Origin: an uncultured virus (IMG/VR IMGVR_UViG_3300044845_000975)
Taxonomy: Duplodnaviria; Heunggongvirae; Uroviricota; Caudoviricetes
Strand: one strand, 5' to 3'
DNA: 64,000 bases
Virus record (IMG/VR): IMGVR_UViG_3300044845_000975
The translations under genes and the position numbers were made by a program. Positions within the stretch are counted from its first letter, which is position 1. Each line of letters begins with the position of its first letter. Positions 28,415 through 38,586 of the stretch are shown here, in pieces. The notes under the pieces are model-generated. The model worked only from the letters and a program-made list of their open reading frames with translations, ran no database searches and was not told the origin of the DNA.

Positions 28415-29217
28415 TGAGCATTGATCGTTCCAATTCAGTTCTACAATATGACCAATCTTTTGTGGTTAATGGTTATCAATTGTCTGGAATTAATTCAGTG
28501 AGTGTCTCATATTCCGTGCCGCTAGAGAATTCTTTGGTTTTGGGTACTAATTTTGGATACAATCTAAACAATCCAATGCAAGCGGAAATTTCAATTAATA
28601 GGAACCTGCTTTATGCAGACCCTATTTTGAATTTCACAGGGGATTCTAGCTTCTCAGGCAGCTTTCGCTACAACGGTAATACATACGGCTTTTCAAGCGG
28701 TTTCCTGACGCGCTACGGGGTTTCTTGTAGTGTTGGCGATATTCCTTCTGTTGCTTGCTCAATTAGCGTATATGGCAAATTAGAACCTTCCTACGAGGTG
28801 TTGCCAGAAGAGACTCATCCGCCTATTTATATTCCAAGCCCAAGGTCTATTGAAGTATCAGGAAATAACACTGAAACAAACAGGGTAAAATCATTTTCTT
28901 ACGAATTAAATATCAATCGTCAAGCAATATTTTCTCTCGACAGTTATAAAGATATTGATGAAGTAGTTTTTCTACCACCAATCAATATTACATCTTCCGT
29001 TGTTTTTGATGCAGTGAATATGGTTCCAAGTAATTACGAATCATTTTTAACTGGTGTCGCAAATAAATTTTTAAATATTAAAATTAAAGATAGAAATTCA
29101 TCGAATCAACTTGTAAATCTTATTGTGCCAAATATTCAAGAAGTGTCTCAAGAACTTTCTGCAAATTCTGATGACCAACTAACAATCACTAACAATTATA
29201 TTGGCTATTTAGAATGA
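28414..29217 (+). CDS. tail tube-like tail-tip protein
   Basis: GFLTRYGVSCSVGDIPS aligns with tail tube GFITDYTLNAAVGDLPT. Confidence 0.6.
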   Translation: MSIDRSNSVLQYDQSFVVNGYQLSGINSVSVSYSVPLENSLVLGTNFGYNLNNPMQAEISINRNLLYADPILNFTGDSSFSGSFRYNGNTYGFSSGFLTRYGVSCSVGDIPSVACSISVYGKLEPSYEVLPEETHPPIYIPSPRSIEVSGNNTETNRVKSFSYELNINRQAIFSLDSYKDIDEVVFLPPINITSSVVFDAVNMVPSNYESFLTGVANKFLNIKIKDRNSSNQLVNLIVPNIQEVSQELSANSDDQLTITNNYIGYLE

Positions 29218-31472
29218 GCTTATTTTACAACAGAGATAGAAACATAGAGGGGGTCGCTTTATTACCTTCGTTCAACTTTAGTCCTAACTATGGTTCATCT
29301 ATTGCTTTTACTTGTAAAAATAACAAACTAAATTATTCTAACAATACTTACTCTTTGTTGCCTTCAACAGCAAACAATATTATTGCCAAGTGTTCTTTCA
29401 ATTTTTCAGTCAACGAACCTGATGCTGAAAAAATAATGAACTTTTTCGAAAGTCAAAGCGGAACTGGAGCTTTTGCCATTTCTGACGAATCCAATATTTA
29501 CCGAAACTTAACTGGTTATGCGGATTCATTTTCAGTTCAAATGGCTCAAAATAATCTTTACAATATTGCTTTAGATTTTTCAGTAGAGAGAAATTCCAGC
29601 TTTTTAAATTGGAGCGGAAAGTCTTTTGTTAATTACGATTTTGAAAACTGGACAACTGGGCAGTTTTATCAAAAATACCAACCAGTTTATTTTGAAATTC
29701 AAGGAGACAATAAGTTAAGCAACTTCTATTATGCTGTTCAAGATCATACTGGGTTTTTAGATACTGCTCCAACTAATACTGGATATTGGACTCAAAATTT
29801 ATTTTACTCAAACGATATTGGATTGTCGGTAGATAGTGCTCCCACAATTAATAATTTGCAGTTCAAAAACTCTTTCGCAATCAGAATCAAAGAGCAAGAC
29901 AATATTCATTATTTCCAAAATGTTCGCCTCTCATATAAGAACATAACTGATTTTGAGCTAAAATCTATTTTGCATTTTCTTGAAAATAATTTGGGATACA
30001 AAAGGTTTCAATTCGATTGTCCCAAAATTTATAACCGTCCAAAAATTTATTTTGCAGACTCTTGGACGCACTCTTGGAATTACCAAAACTCTAATAATTT
30101 AGAAGTCACTTTGATTGAAGACCCTCTTGGAATTAAAAATCCAAATGATGTTCCAGCTATACTTTTCGGGCAAGGCGTTGAAGCCGCTTCTTTTGCAGCC
30201 GCCTCTTCACCTAAAGATTTAGTTTCTATTTTTAATGCTTCTGGATTAAATGAACTTGTATCTGGTGGAACTTATTCTGTAAATTGGCCCGCTAATATTA
30301 ATAAAAATATTAAAGCTTATAGAGGCTTCGAGTCTCTAACATGCAATGAGCAGCAGTTAAATAAAGTAACTTTTTACTCAAGTGCTGATGTTGTTGATTT
30401 AAACTTAAATAAGAATTTTATTAATCAAGTGGTATTCAAGGATGCTAAAAAAATTAACAACTTGTATTTATCTCAAAACAACTTGTCCTCATTTAATTGC
30501 GCAGGCTCAACTGGGTTGAAAAATTTAGACCTATCTTATAATTCTTTAACATCTGTTAATATTAGTGGTTGTAATAATTTAACTGGCATTAATTTAAACT
30601 ATAATGGAATATCTGATTCTGTCTTGTCAACCACGCTAGATAGTTTGTCAAAAGGTTCTGGAGAATCTGGATCAATATCTCTAATTGGCGATAGTAGTTT
30701 TATTTTAACTAATGCCACGCCCAAATCTGGTTTTGATTATTCATGTATTTGCAACTTAGATTATCGTAATTGGACTCAACTTTACAAAGACTTAACCTTG
30801 CCAATATCACCTACAGGTTTTGTAAATGCTGGAACCTCATGCATTTGGTTAAATAATATTAAGACGCGAGAAACTGGTAGCGAATATTTCTTGAATTGGA
30901 ACTCTAGTTTTAATAATTATACCGTTAATCAAGCTTATTTGCCATTTCCTTCCACTTGGTTAACGCCAATTAAAAATGAAATTTTTACTCGTTCAGCTTT
31001 TCGCTTTAATGAAACATTAATCACTGGTTCTGGTATTAATAATACTGGAGATTATTTATCAGCTTTTGTAGTAGCGAAAACTTCGTCAAGCAATGAGATG
31101 TGTTTATTAAACTTCTCCGACTCTATAAATTATGGCTTATTCCTAAGCGGTGGACAGTTTCAATTCAGAAATAATTCTGAGATTTTCACTATTGCTTCTA
31201 ACGTTTCATTAGAAGAATATTATAATGTGGGCTTCGTCAGAAATGCTACTCACATTACTGGATACATTAATGGAGAAGTTTTCAATACAGGGTTGATCAG
31301 CAATAGCAATCTTCCATCAATCAAAGTTTCAGTAGGTTCTCAAGTGTCTTCCTCTAAATATTGGCAAGGCAATATTGCTGAAGTTTTAATTTACACAAAA
31401 AATTCAGCTTTTGATTTGAACTCTAGTTTTCATAAACCATATAATGCGCGTTTTGGAGTATTTGTGCCATGA
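29214..31472 (+). CDS. minor tail protein: duplicated distal-tail-like domains, leucine-rich repeats and LamG-like domain
   Basis: IMNFFESQSG and ILHFLENNLG repeats; LxLxxNxL repeats; C-terminal WQGNIAEVLIY. Confidence 0.65.
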   Translation: MSLFYNRDRNIEGVALLPSFNFSPNYGSSIAFTCKNNKLNYSNNTYSLLPSTANNIIAKCSFNFSVNEPDAEKIMNFFESQSGTGAFAISDESNIYRNLTGYADSFSVQMAQNNLYNIALDFSVERNSSFLNWSGKSFVNYDFENWTTGQFYQKYQPVYFEIQGDNKLSNFYYAVQDHTGFLDTAPTNTGYWTQNLFYSNDIGLSVDSAPTINNLQFKNSFAIRIKEQDNIHYFQNVRLSYKNITDFELKSILHFLENNLGYKRFQFDCPKIYNRPKIYFADSWTHSWNYQNSNNLEVTLIEDPLGIKNPNDVPAILFGQGVEAASFAAASSPKDLVSIFNASGLNELVSGGTYSVNWPANINKNIKAYRGFESLTCNEQQLNKVTFYSSADVVDLNLNKNFINQVVFKDAKKINNLYLSQNNLSSFNCAGSTGLKNLDLSYNSLTSVNISGCNNLTGINLNYNGISDSVLSTTLDSLSKGSGESGSISLIGDSSFILTNATPKSGFDYSCICNLDYRNWTQLYKDLTLPISPTGFVNAGTSCIWLNNIKTRETGSEYFLNWNSSFNNYTVNQAYLPFPSTWLTPIKNEIFTRSAFRFNETLITGSGINNTGDYLSAFVVAKTSSSNEMCLLNFSDSINYGLFLSGGQFQFRNNSEIFTIASNVSLEEYYNVGFVRNATHITGYINGEVFNTGLISNSNLPSIKVSVGSQVSSSKYWQGNIAEVLIYTKNSAFDLNSSFHKPYNARFGVFVP

Positions 31473-32854
31473 TTATCAAAAGCAATTCCATTATCCTAGC
31501 CTCTGATTTAAGCCCAGCTTTTCAGCAGCCTCAAGACTTTTTACCTCGCAAAAGAGGTTTATTCCCAATTGCATTTGTCAATAATTTGGCGTTTGAAATA
31601 CAGGGCAATAGATCACAAGCAAAACAAGTTGGCTCTGCTGATTTTGCCGTTAATAATTTATCATTCTCTCCTACTGTTGCAGTTTCTTTTGACTTCATTT
31701 CGTCAAAAACTTTTCAGAATGAAAACTTGCTTGGTATATTTTTTAAGCCATTTGGCGACTATGCCTCATGCTTTGGAGGTAGCAACAATCATTCAATTAA
31801 TTTGTTTTTTATTATTAGTGATTTATTTGGCCCCGATTTAATTCAGTCAATTAAGGATCGCAATAATTTAAATGGTTTGCAGGTTTTAAGTTTTGGTAAT
31901 TGTGTTCTACAGAATTACAGTTTGTCAATGGAAGTCAATACTCTCCCTTCTATCTCAATGCAGATGGAAGCTGTAAACATGGAAGCGTCAACAATAAGCT
32001 CAAATCTTTTGGACCTTCCAGCAATCAACTTGGGAGTTGGCGATAAAAACAACATCGCTCAGTTGGAAATTAATAATGCAGCTTTTATTGCCAATCTTAA
32101 CCAGTTGAACACTTCAATCACTGGCTTGCCTATTTTACCAATTTATGATTCAACAGTATTTAAAATAGGGGCAGAAAACTTGCAATCTCCTTCTGTTGTT
32201 TTAGCTCCATGGGGCGAAGCTGCTATTTCGTCAATTAAATTTTCAACGTCAGTTGATAGGCAAAATGCTTATGGATTTGGTAGTGATTTTGTTTACGACA
32301 GAAAAATTAAATTTCCAATTTTAGGAGACTTAAGCATTTCTGCTGTTTCTCTCGATATTCACACTGGAGAAGCCACTATCACTGGAGTCATGAAAAACGA
32401 GGAGTCTTACGACTTGACTCTTCAATTTATTGATCCGCAAGAATTAACTTACAGCGGTAAAAGCATTCAAACCCTTTCTGGGTTAGCTAATCAAAACTAT
32501 TCTGGATTCTTAACTAATAATAAAACTTTAAGAATCAATAACGCTAAATTAAACTCTCAAAGCTACTCAATCAATTACGAAGGAATCTTTAGCACGGAAT
32601 TAAATTTCTCTTTTGCTTGCAATGAGAAGGATGGTTTAAGTATGCAATGGGGTCAGCGTTCAGAAAAAGAAGGAGGTCAACTCTTTACAAGCGACCTCCT
32701 TCGTTTACGGAGTAGTGATGGTGAAGATATTGGATTAAATAATTATCTTTATTTTAAAGATACAGTTAGTCCAATTGAACCTGATTTAGATGCTAGCGTA
32801 GCTCTCTCATCGGATGGTTTTCTTCTCTTAACAAGAGATAATACAACTAGTTAA
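31469..32854 (+). CDS. tail tube-like tail-tip protein
   Basis: GNCVLQNYSLSMEVNTLPSIS, PAIN and RQNAYGFGSDFVYDRKIKFP align with the tail tube. Confidence 0.65.
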   Translation: MIIKSNSIILASDLSPAFQQPQDFLPRKRGLFPIAFVNNLAFEIQGNRSQAKQVGSADFAVNNLSFSPTVAVSFDFISSKTFQNENLLGIFFKPFGDYASCFGGSNNHSINLFFIISDLFGPDLIQSIKDRNNLNGLQVLSFGNCVLQNYSLSMEVNTLPSISMQMEAVNMEASTISSNLLDLPAINLGVGDKNNIAQLEINNAAFIANLNQLNTSITGLPILPIYDSTVFKIGAENLQSPSVVLAPWGEAAISSIKFSTSVDRQNAYGFGSDFVYDRKIKFPILGDLSISAVSLDIHTGEATITGVMKNEESYDLTLQFIDPQELTYSGKSIQTLSGLANQNYSGFLTNNKTLRINNAKLNSQSYSINYEGIFSTELNFSFACNEKDGLSMQWGQRSEKEGGQLFTSDLLRLRSSDGEDIGLNNYLYFKDTVSPIEPDLDASVALSSDGFLLLTRDNTTS

Positions 32855-33059
32855 GAAAAGGTTTAAACACAAGATAGTCTGGCTGATTGTCTTTCTCTTT
32901 AAACTTATTCTTAAAGATTACAACGTTCTGAGTTACCTTAGAGCCATTAACATCTAAGGTAATCTTGCCAGATAAAAACTTACCCTTCTGACTCTCCTTC
33001 AGCCACAGGCTTCCGATGTTGTTTTGCGACCACTTGTTCGTAGAGTTCTGAGAGTCCAT
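32847..33059 (-). CDS. small DUF736-like nucleic-acid-binding protein
   Basis: IGSLW..ESQKGKFLSG...KDNQPDY. Confidence 0.55.
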   Translation of the reverse strand: MDSQNSTNKWSQNNIGSLWLKESQKGKFLSGKITLDVNGSKVTQNVVIFKNKFKEKDNQPDYLVFKPFLN

Positions 33060-33192
33060 TGATATAATCTTGCTTGGCGTTTGCTGGCAGTCTATTATAC
33101 TGCTTCTTTGCGCGTCTGTAAACTCTTTTATTCACAGAACTTTCAGTTGGTTTAATAATAGCTCGTAGTTTTTTAGATACAGTTTTTCTCAT
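32980..33192 (-). CDS. small basic hypothetical protein
   Basis: 70-aa ORF coupled to neighbours. Confidence 0.5.
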   Translation of the reverse strand: MRKTVSKKLRAIIKPTESSVNKRVYRRAKKQYNRLPANAKQDYINGLSELYEQVVAKQHRKPVAEGESEG

Positions 33193-33647
33193 AGTTTTTT
33201 AATGTACGTTTCAGAATCTTTAATATACCCTAGTCTTTGATATACTTTTTTTAACTTGCTTGAAGTTGGATAGTTTTCGACGCAACTCATAGATATTAAT
33301 CTAATTTTTTTATTCTTTGCAAATTTTTCAGCTTGTCGAAAAAGCTGGAAAGAAATGCGCGGATTATTCGAAATCCAAAAAAATTCATTAAACATTTTCT
33401 CTCCGAAGATGGTGTTCATATTTTCGAGAAACATTATAACGCCATCAGCTTTATCATTGTTAATACTAGCCCATGTATGCATTGTATTTGTTAGCAGGCT
33501 AGTATGACCCCAACTATTAATTACTGACTGTGCAGAAATTTTTGAAAATGCATGTCCATATAATTCGTTTTCGCGAAAAAAATGTTTATCTAAATCCTGC
33601 CAAACTTTTGCGAATTCTTCAGGATTAGTTATTTTTTTAATTGACAT
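33189..33647 (-). CDS. GNAT-fold acetyltransferase-like protein
   Basis: AEKFAK...KVYQRLGY C-terminal GNAT pattern. Confidence 0.6.
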   Translation of the reverse strand: MSIKKITNPEEFAKVWQDLDKHFFRENELYGHAFSKISAQSVINSWGHTSLLTNTMHTWASINNDKADGVIMFLENMNTIFGEKMFNEFFWISNNPRISFQLFRQAEKFAKNKKIRLISMSCVENYPTSSKLKKVYQRLGYIKDSETYIKKL

Positions 33648-34375
33648 GCGTTTACGAGAGTTAGCAGCTTGCGACACTCTTTAACTGGAATATCTTCAAA
33701 AGATTTCCAATCCTTTGCATTTTCATTCTTATAAGTTTCGTCTTTCCAGAATTGGCGCAGCAATTTCAAGAAGTCTTCAAAATCTGGGTGGCCTGCTTGT
33801 TTACAAGCATTATGAAGAGCGCCATGTGGAGTAAGAGTTTGAACAATTGATTCACTCTCTTCGTAGGCAACTTTATTTTTTGACTTGTCGATTTCATCAT
33901 CGCCAACAATGTGAATATTTAGATAATTGCGAACAGCACGAACAAAGGCGCGATTCTCAGCAATTGGTTCCAAAAACTTAACGCCAAATCCAGAACAATT
34001 CTCAGAAGTTGCGTTTGCTGTGCTAGTAAATGTTTGAGCGTTACCATCGCTTTCATAATTTGGCATCCAACTAATGCAGCAAACTGCTGTGGCATAATGG
34101 GAAGAGATTGTTTCAATTTTAAATTGAACGTCAAGGAAGCCCCTGAGTCTTGCTAGTTCTTTGATGCCAGCAAGCTTAACAAGAAGCTGGTGATCGCTAA
34201 GACCTTCAATAGAGTCTGGCACTTGAAGTTTGCGAGTTTCAAACCAATCCTTATTAGGATATAAATGCTCTGGCTTAATCATGGCTCGCCAGTTAATTGA
34301 GCCGTCTTCATTAAATTTATATTCAACGCCTTCAATAAGGCCAAGTTCGTTTCTCTTATAATTTGAAGGATTCAT
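33629..34375 (-). CDS. putative ssDNA annealing protein (Rad52/Sak-like)
   Basis: LAGIKELA...AENRAFVRAVRNYLNI...DE. Confidence 0.55.
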   Translation of the reverse strand: MNPSNYKRNELGLIEGVEYKFNEDGSINWRAMIKPEHLYPNKDWFETRKLQVPDSIEGLSDHQLLVKLAGIKELARLRGFLDVQFKIETISSHYATAVCCISWMPNYESDGNAQTFTSTANATSENCSGFGVKFLEPIAENRAFVRAVRNYLNIHIVGDDEIDKSKNKVAYEESESIVQTLTPHGALHNACKQAGHPDFEDFLKLLRQFWKDETYKNENAKDWKSFEDIPVKECRKLLTLVNACQLKK

Positions 34376-35528
34376 AGATATAGTAGTGGTCTAAATCCCC
34401 CCAGAAGGAGGGTTGGTTAATTACGCTGCCCCACTTGTCGCTTGCAACAATACCTGCATCAACATGGGCTTTAGAGTAATAACGCTTTCCATTTGATAAT
34501 ATATCCTTCTTTGTTAAGAATCTTAAATTTTGTTTATCATGAAGCTCATTAATTATTTTTTCATTAATTTTAGCTTCTGGTTCAATTAAAAAGTCAAAGT
34601 AATATTCTCTAACTTCACTAATAGCTTTTTGATTAGAACATTCTCCAATCATAACGATTCCTAAATTTTTAACAAACTGCAAATATTCTAGCGAGAATTT
34701 GTTTGTTTCATTAATGAGGAAAGTTATTTCTTTGATATTGTTGCGACAACGCTTTAATACTTCTGGATGAATAGGTTGATCAGAAACGATATGGATATTG
34801 TATTCTGATGCCCATTGCATCAAGCATTCTTCATTAAAGAAGTAATCCATGCGAATATTTAAAATTTGATTTTTCAACTCAGCCGCTTCCCCAAAGAAGT
34901 TCGGGATAATTTCAATACAAGGTTTTGAATATTGTTCTCCAATATGCAAAGTGTTCATTGAAAGAGTTGAATTCAACCCAAGCAATTCACATGCATTTTT
35001 TACAATTTCTTCTGGCTTGATTGTATTAATGCTTTTTGGGCTTTCTTGATAACTGTAACTTGGTTTTTTACCTTTTCTATCAGCCTCAAGAATTCTTACT
35101 TTTTCTTTTGTGCTCCAGTATGGGTATGCGTGTTGAGGATAAATATGAGAATAAAGACCAATAATAGGAATATCATAAACGCTGGCTAAGTGAATTGGAA
35201 AACTATCAATACCAAAATGCAGACTGGAATTTTTCACAATATAGGCTGTCTGCTTTCTAGAAAAACCTAAATAAGATTTGTCAGCCTCTCTCAACATTGG
35301 GTCATCTGCACCACCAATTTGATAAATTTTATAACCAAGGGGTGATAAAATATTCTTCAACAAGTCTAAGGTTTCTGGAAAGAATTCATAATACTTGGAA
35401 TCAATTTTATTATCAACATGAACAGTAATATATTTCTCATCTGTTACTGGCATGTAGTGAGGTTCAAAAATTGGCTTACCAATTTTGACTCCTAAATTTT
35501 TGGCGTATTCTTCGATTAAATGACTCAT
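34356..35528 (-). CDS. glycosyltransferase family 9-like (heptosyltransferase fold)
   Basis: IYQIGG, LHFGIDSFPIHLAS...IGLY. Confidence 0.8.
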   Translation of the reverse strand: MSHLIEEYAKNLGVKIGKPIFEPHYMPVTDEKYITVHVDNKIDSKYYEFFPETLDLLKNILSPLGYKIYQIGGADDPMLREADKSYLGFSRKQTAYIVKNSSLHFGIDSFPIHLASVYDIPIIGLYSHIYPQHAYPYWSTKEKVRILEADRKGKKPSYSYQESPKSINTIKPEEIVKNACELLGLNSTLSMNTLHIGEQYSKPCIEIIPNFFGEAAELKNQILNIRMDYFFNEECLMQWASEYNIHIVSDQPIHPEVLKRCRNNIKEITFLINETNKFSLEYLQFVKNLGIVMIGECSNQKAISEVREYYFDFLIEPEAKINEKIINELHDKQNLRFLTKKDILSNGKRYYSKAHVDAGIVASDKWGSVINQPSFWGDLDHYYIYESFKL

Positions 35529-35529
35529 G

Positions 35530-35922
35530 TTAGTCTCCTTTTTCTACGCGAATAGAATCTTCATCTTCGTGGTGAGTTGAAAATTCCATAATTTCAGAAT
35601 CTTCCAAGGCTAATAGTCTATGCCGAAGACCAGTTGGCACATGAAAAACATCACCAGCAGAAAGTTCTTGAATAATGGCGCATTTAATATCATCACTGTA
35701 GCCATAGTATAGAACTACTCGACCCTTATTAATGTAAAAGGTTTCCGTTTTCTTTTCATGATAGTGCCAAGAAAGCTTCTTGTCTTTGTTCATGAATAAT
35801 AGTTTACCGCAGTAATCATCGCGATTAACAATCCATTTTTCGTAACCCCAACCTTTAGGGACGAAATGAGAAGTTTTCCAACCTTCTTTACTGAAGTTGG
35901 ATTTGAGTTCGATCTTTTCCAT
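35530..35922 (-). CDS. cupin, sugar-phosphate isomerase-like
   Basis: KGWGYE, SWHYH..KTETF, GD.FHVP.G.RHR. Confidence 0.8.
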   Translation of the reverse strand: MEKIELKSNFSKEGWKTSHFVPKGWGYEKWIVNRDDYCGKLLFMNKDKKLSWHYHEKKTETFYINKGRVVLYYGYSDDIKCAIIQELSAGDVFHVPTGLRHRLLALEDSEIMEFSTHHEDEDSIRVEKGD

Positions 35923-37777
35923 TATGATGATATGTAAAATGTTTTTGAGTTGTTACGAAGGGCAAGAAAGCAATTTCAAAATAACCCTTATGAGAACCTT
36001 GTCCCTCTAAGAATAGAAGGTTATCAAAGATTGGAGAATACGGAAGAATTTTATGAACTGCTGGGTGCTCATTAACAATTTCAAAAAATTGAGGTAACGT
36101 AATAAAATAAATATTATATTCTGGATATAATTCTTTCAAATTTGATAAAAGAGAATTAACCATTAAAACATCTCCAGCAGATTGCGGCATCACTACAGCA
36201 ATTCTTCTTCCAGCGTCATCTTTATCCAGAACATCTTGAATATCAACTTCTTTCTGTTCTTTCTGAGAGGCTGCTTGACGAAAATGGTTATAAATTCCTT
36301 CTCTATTTAAATCTGATTTTAGTCTGCCAACCCAATGCACGCAAGCTTGGCTGTTTTTATCTATTGTTTCAGCAAGCATATTTTTATACAAGTCAATAAT
36401 CCATTCAGCATCGTCTTGGATAGATGGGTTCGGGTAGTTTGGATTTTTCTCTTTTGAGGGAATGTTCCAATCTTCAATAAGAGGAGCATTATCAAAGAAT
36501 TCTTCCAATTGCTTGCAAACGTTTTCGATAGAACAATTATCAATAACAAACTGTCTTGCAATCTCACCCATCTTTTGCCTCTTCTCAGGTTTCATATTAT
36601 AAACCTTTGAAAGTTGTTTTGCAATGCTTGAAGGAAGCGTTGAAGCTTTAATGAATTGAGTTCCAGGCTCTCTGTATTCGGCCCAAGACAAAGGCATTCC
36701 TCCGCTATCCTCTTGGCAGTAATCTTCGCCACATGAATAGTCAGTAACCAAAGTAATAAGCTTTGTTAATTTAGCTTCTTGAACAGGAATCTCTTGACCA
36801 CCGCTAGTGAATGGGTGACAATAAACATCCATGATGTTGTAGATTTCATTCAACTGACTTTCATTAACTCCATTAGTTATATTGGTTGTTGAGACTGATT
36901 TTGCCGAGCCGCAATATTTACAATTTAAATCCTGACCTGTAAATGGACGAATTTCATACTGTTTGCAGTTCTTGCAGAAGTAAGTTGTGCATACATCTTC
37001 TGGCATGATGTTTTTTTCGCGTATTAGGCGCGGAATATCCCATCCTTCAGACCAGTGAGTATGAAGAAGCAGTTTTGGTTTTGCCTGCGGATTTTGACGC
37101 TTAAATTCAAGAAAGCCATCAAGCATGTTTGGAACGCTTTTTCTAAGCTGATTTCTAAATACAAAACCAACGACAAAATTATTTTGCAGATTGAATTTTT
37201 GTTTTAATTTCTTTTTATCAAGCTCTGACAAAGCGTAAAACTGATTTGTATCAAGAGTTCCCCTGACTGTTTTAACATTATCGTAACCAATTTCTTTTAA
37301 ACCTTTTTCTGCAAAGGAGGCCCAAACAAAGTAGTTCTTAACTTTTGCAGCAGCGTCAACCGCATCAGGAAGAATTGGCATAGAATCCAAAGTAGTCCAA
37401 ATTGCAGAAGTAATATGATTCCACCAAGGCTTATCCCAAAAACCATTGAAAGCCCAAACATCTTCAATACCCAAATAAACATCAGGCTTGATTTCATTAA
37501 TTGCTCGATCAATGCCAAAAGCTCCGTAGCTAGCAGCGCGTTCTTTGTTACCATCTCCCTTGATGGAAGCAGCAACATGTGGCAGCGGCATTGAGCCATG
37601 ACACTGCCAAGGCTGACGTTTGCAATCAGGCGCATCCCAAGGCAAGCCGTTTGCTAATTCAATTACTTCGTATTTGCCAGTCTTGTGAAGATGGCGCAAA
37701 ATATTTTTAGCATTTTTCCCAAAACCCGTGAAGAGTCTTGAAAAATTGGTATGGATTAGGATACGCTTTTTTCTCAT
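35888..37777 (-). CDS. GT4-like glycosyltransferase with zinc-ribbon insert and C-terminal GT9-like domain
   Basis: TGFGK, RNQLRK, GGQEIPVQEAK; CKNC...CKYC; SAGDVL. Confidence 0.8.
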   Translation of the reverse strand: MRKKRILIHTNFSRLFTGFGKNAKNILRHLHKTGKYEVIELANGLPWDAPDCKRQPWQCHGSMPLPHVAASIKGDGNKERAASYGAFGIDRAINEIKPDVYLGIEDVWAFNGFWDKPWWNHITSAIWTTLDSMPILPDAVDAAAKVKNYFVWASFAEKGLKEIGYDNVKTVRGTLDTNQFYALSELDKKKLKQKFNLQNNFVVGFVFRNQLRKSVPNMLDGFLEFKRQNPQAKPKLLLHTHWSEGWDIPRLIREKNIMPEDVCTTYFCKNCKQYEIRPFTGQDLNCKYCGSAKSVSTTNITNGVNESQLNEIYNIMDVYCHPFTSGGQEIPVQEAKLTKLITLVTDYSCGEDYCQEDSGGMPLSWAEYREPGTQFIKASTLPSSIAKQLSKVYNMKPEKRQKMGEIARQFVIDNCSIENVCKQLEEFFDNAPLIEDWNIPSKEKNPNYPNPSIQDDAEWIIDLYKNMLAETIDKNSQACVHWVGRLKSDLNREGIYNHFRQAASQKEQKEVDIQDVLDKDDAGRRIAVVMPQSAGDVLMVNSLLSNLKELYPEYNIYFITLPQFFEIVNEHPAVHKILPYSPIFDNLLFLEGQGSHKGYFEIAFLPFVTTQKHFTYHHNGKDRTQIQLQ

Positions 37778-37778
37778 A

Positions 37779-38069
37779 TTATTCAGCAGGCTCGTAAGTC
37801 GAGTTAAAAATATCAATTTTGCACGGATAAATTTCTCCTTTAACTCCTTCAATCAGCATATCCTGTTTGCTCATCTTCATAATTCCTTCTAGAGTTGGAA
37901 TTAAATAGCATTCGTCATTTTCATGAGTAATGGAATGTCCTTTATATTCAAAACTCCACGGCATTTTGTTCGGACCATGTACACTTTGCGGATTTGCATT
38001 TCTTCCGTGTTCCACCAATTCATCAAATGAAATGGCTTCAATAACTACTGGCTTTTTTCTATATTTCAT
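37779..38069 (-). CDS. conserved small phage protein (YRKKPVVIEA family)
   Basis: MKYRKKPVVIEA...IPTLEG...GVKGEIYPCK.DIF..TYE. Confidence 0.8.
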   Translation of the reverse strand: MKYRKKPVVIEAISFDELVEHGRNANPQSVHGPNKMPWSFEYKGHSITHENDECYLIPTLEGIMKMSKQDMLIEGVKGEIYPCKIDIFNSTYEPAE

Positions 38070-38073
38070 AAAA

Positions 38074-38535
38074 TTACTGTTCGGAATTTTGAACCTTCGA
38101 TTCTAAAATTTTAACTAGTGAACTTTCTAGAAAGACTCGAAGAGTTTCCGCTTCTGATAGTTCTACGCCCATGCCAAATTTTTGATTTCCATTGCGAGAA
38201 ATGCTGAATGAGAAAGCTTGGCCGCCATCCTTTTTAGTGTAGCGAGTCCAAGAGATTTGAGTCTTGTTTTCTTGAAATGTGTGGAAGGCTTTCCAGTCGC
38301 CATAAGTGCGAATAGCGTGAATGAGTCCACCGATTTCAATTTCGTTTAGTTTGATGGCGATTGTCTTTTCTGGATTATCTTTATTACCTGAGAAAGAACC
38401 GTTTTTTGTTTGCTCGTTCCAAGAAAATTGCTGGATACCATTGACGTAAACTGTGGGAGCGCCCTTGGTAGAAAGCTGAAAGGAGAATGCGCAACCTAGG
38501 TTTTTGCTATTGGGTTTATAGAAGGCTAAATTCAT
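38074..38535 (-). CDS. hypothetical protein, possible PC4/Whirly-like ssDNA binding
   Basis: 153 aa with duplicated beta-beta-beta-alpha pattern. Confidence 0.5.
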   Translation of the reverse strand: MNLAFYKPNSKNLGCAFSFQLSTKGAPTVYVNGIQQFSWNEQTKNGSFSGNKDNPEKTIAIKLNEIEIGGLIHAIRTYGDWKAFHTFQENKTQISWTRYTKKDGGQAFSFSISRNGNQKFGMGVELSEAETLRVFLESSLVKILESKVQNSEQ

Positions 38536-38586
38536 ATAGGATAGTAATTTTTTTATAAAATGTTTCTAGTATTAGTATAATTAAAT

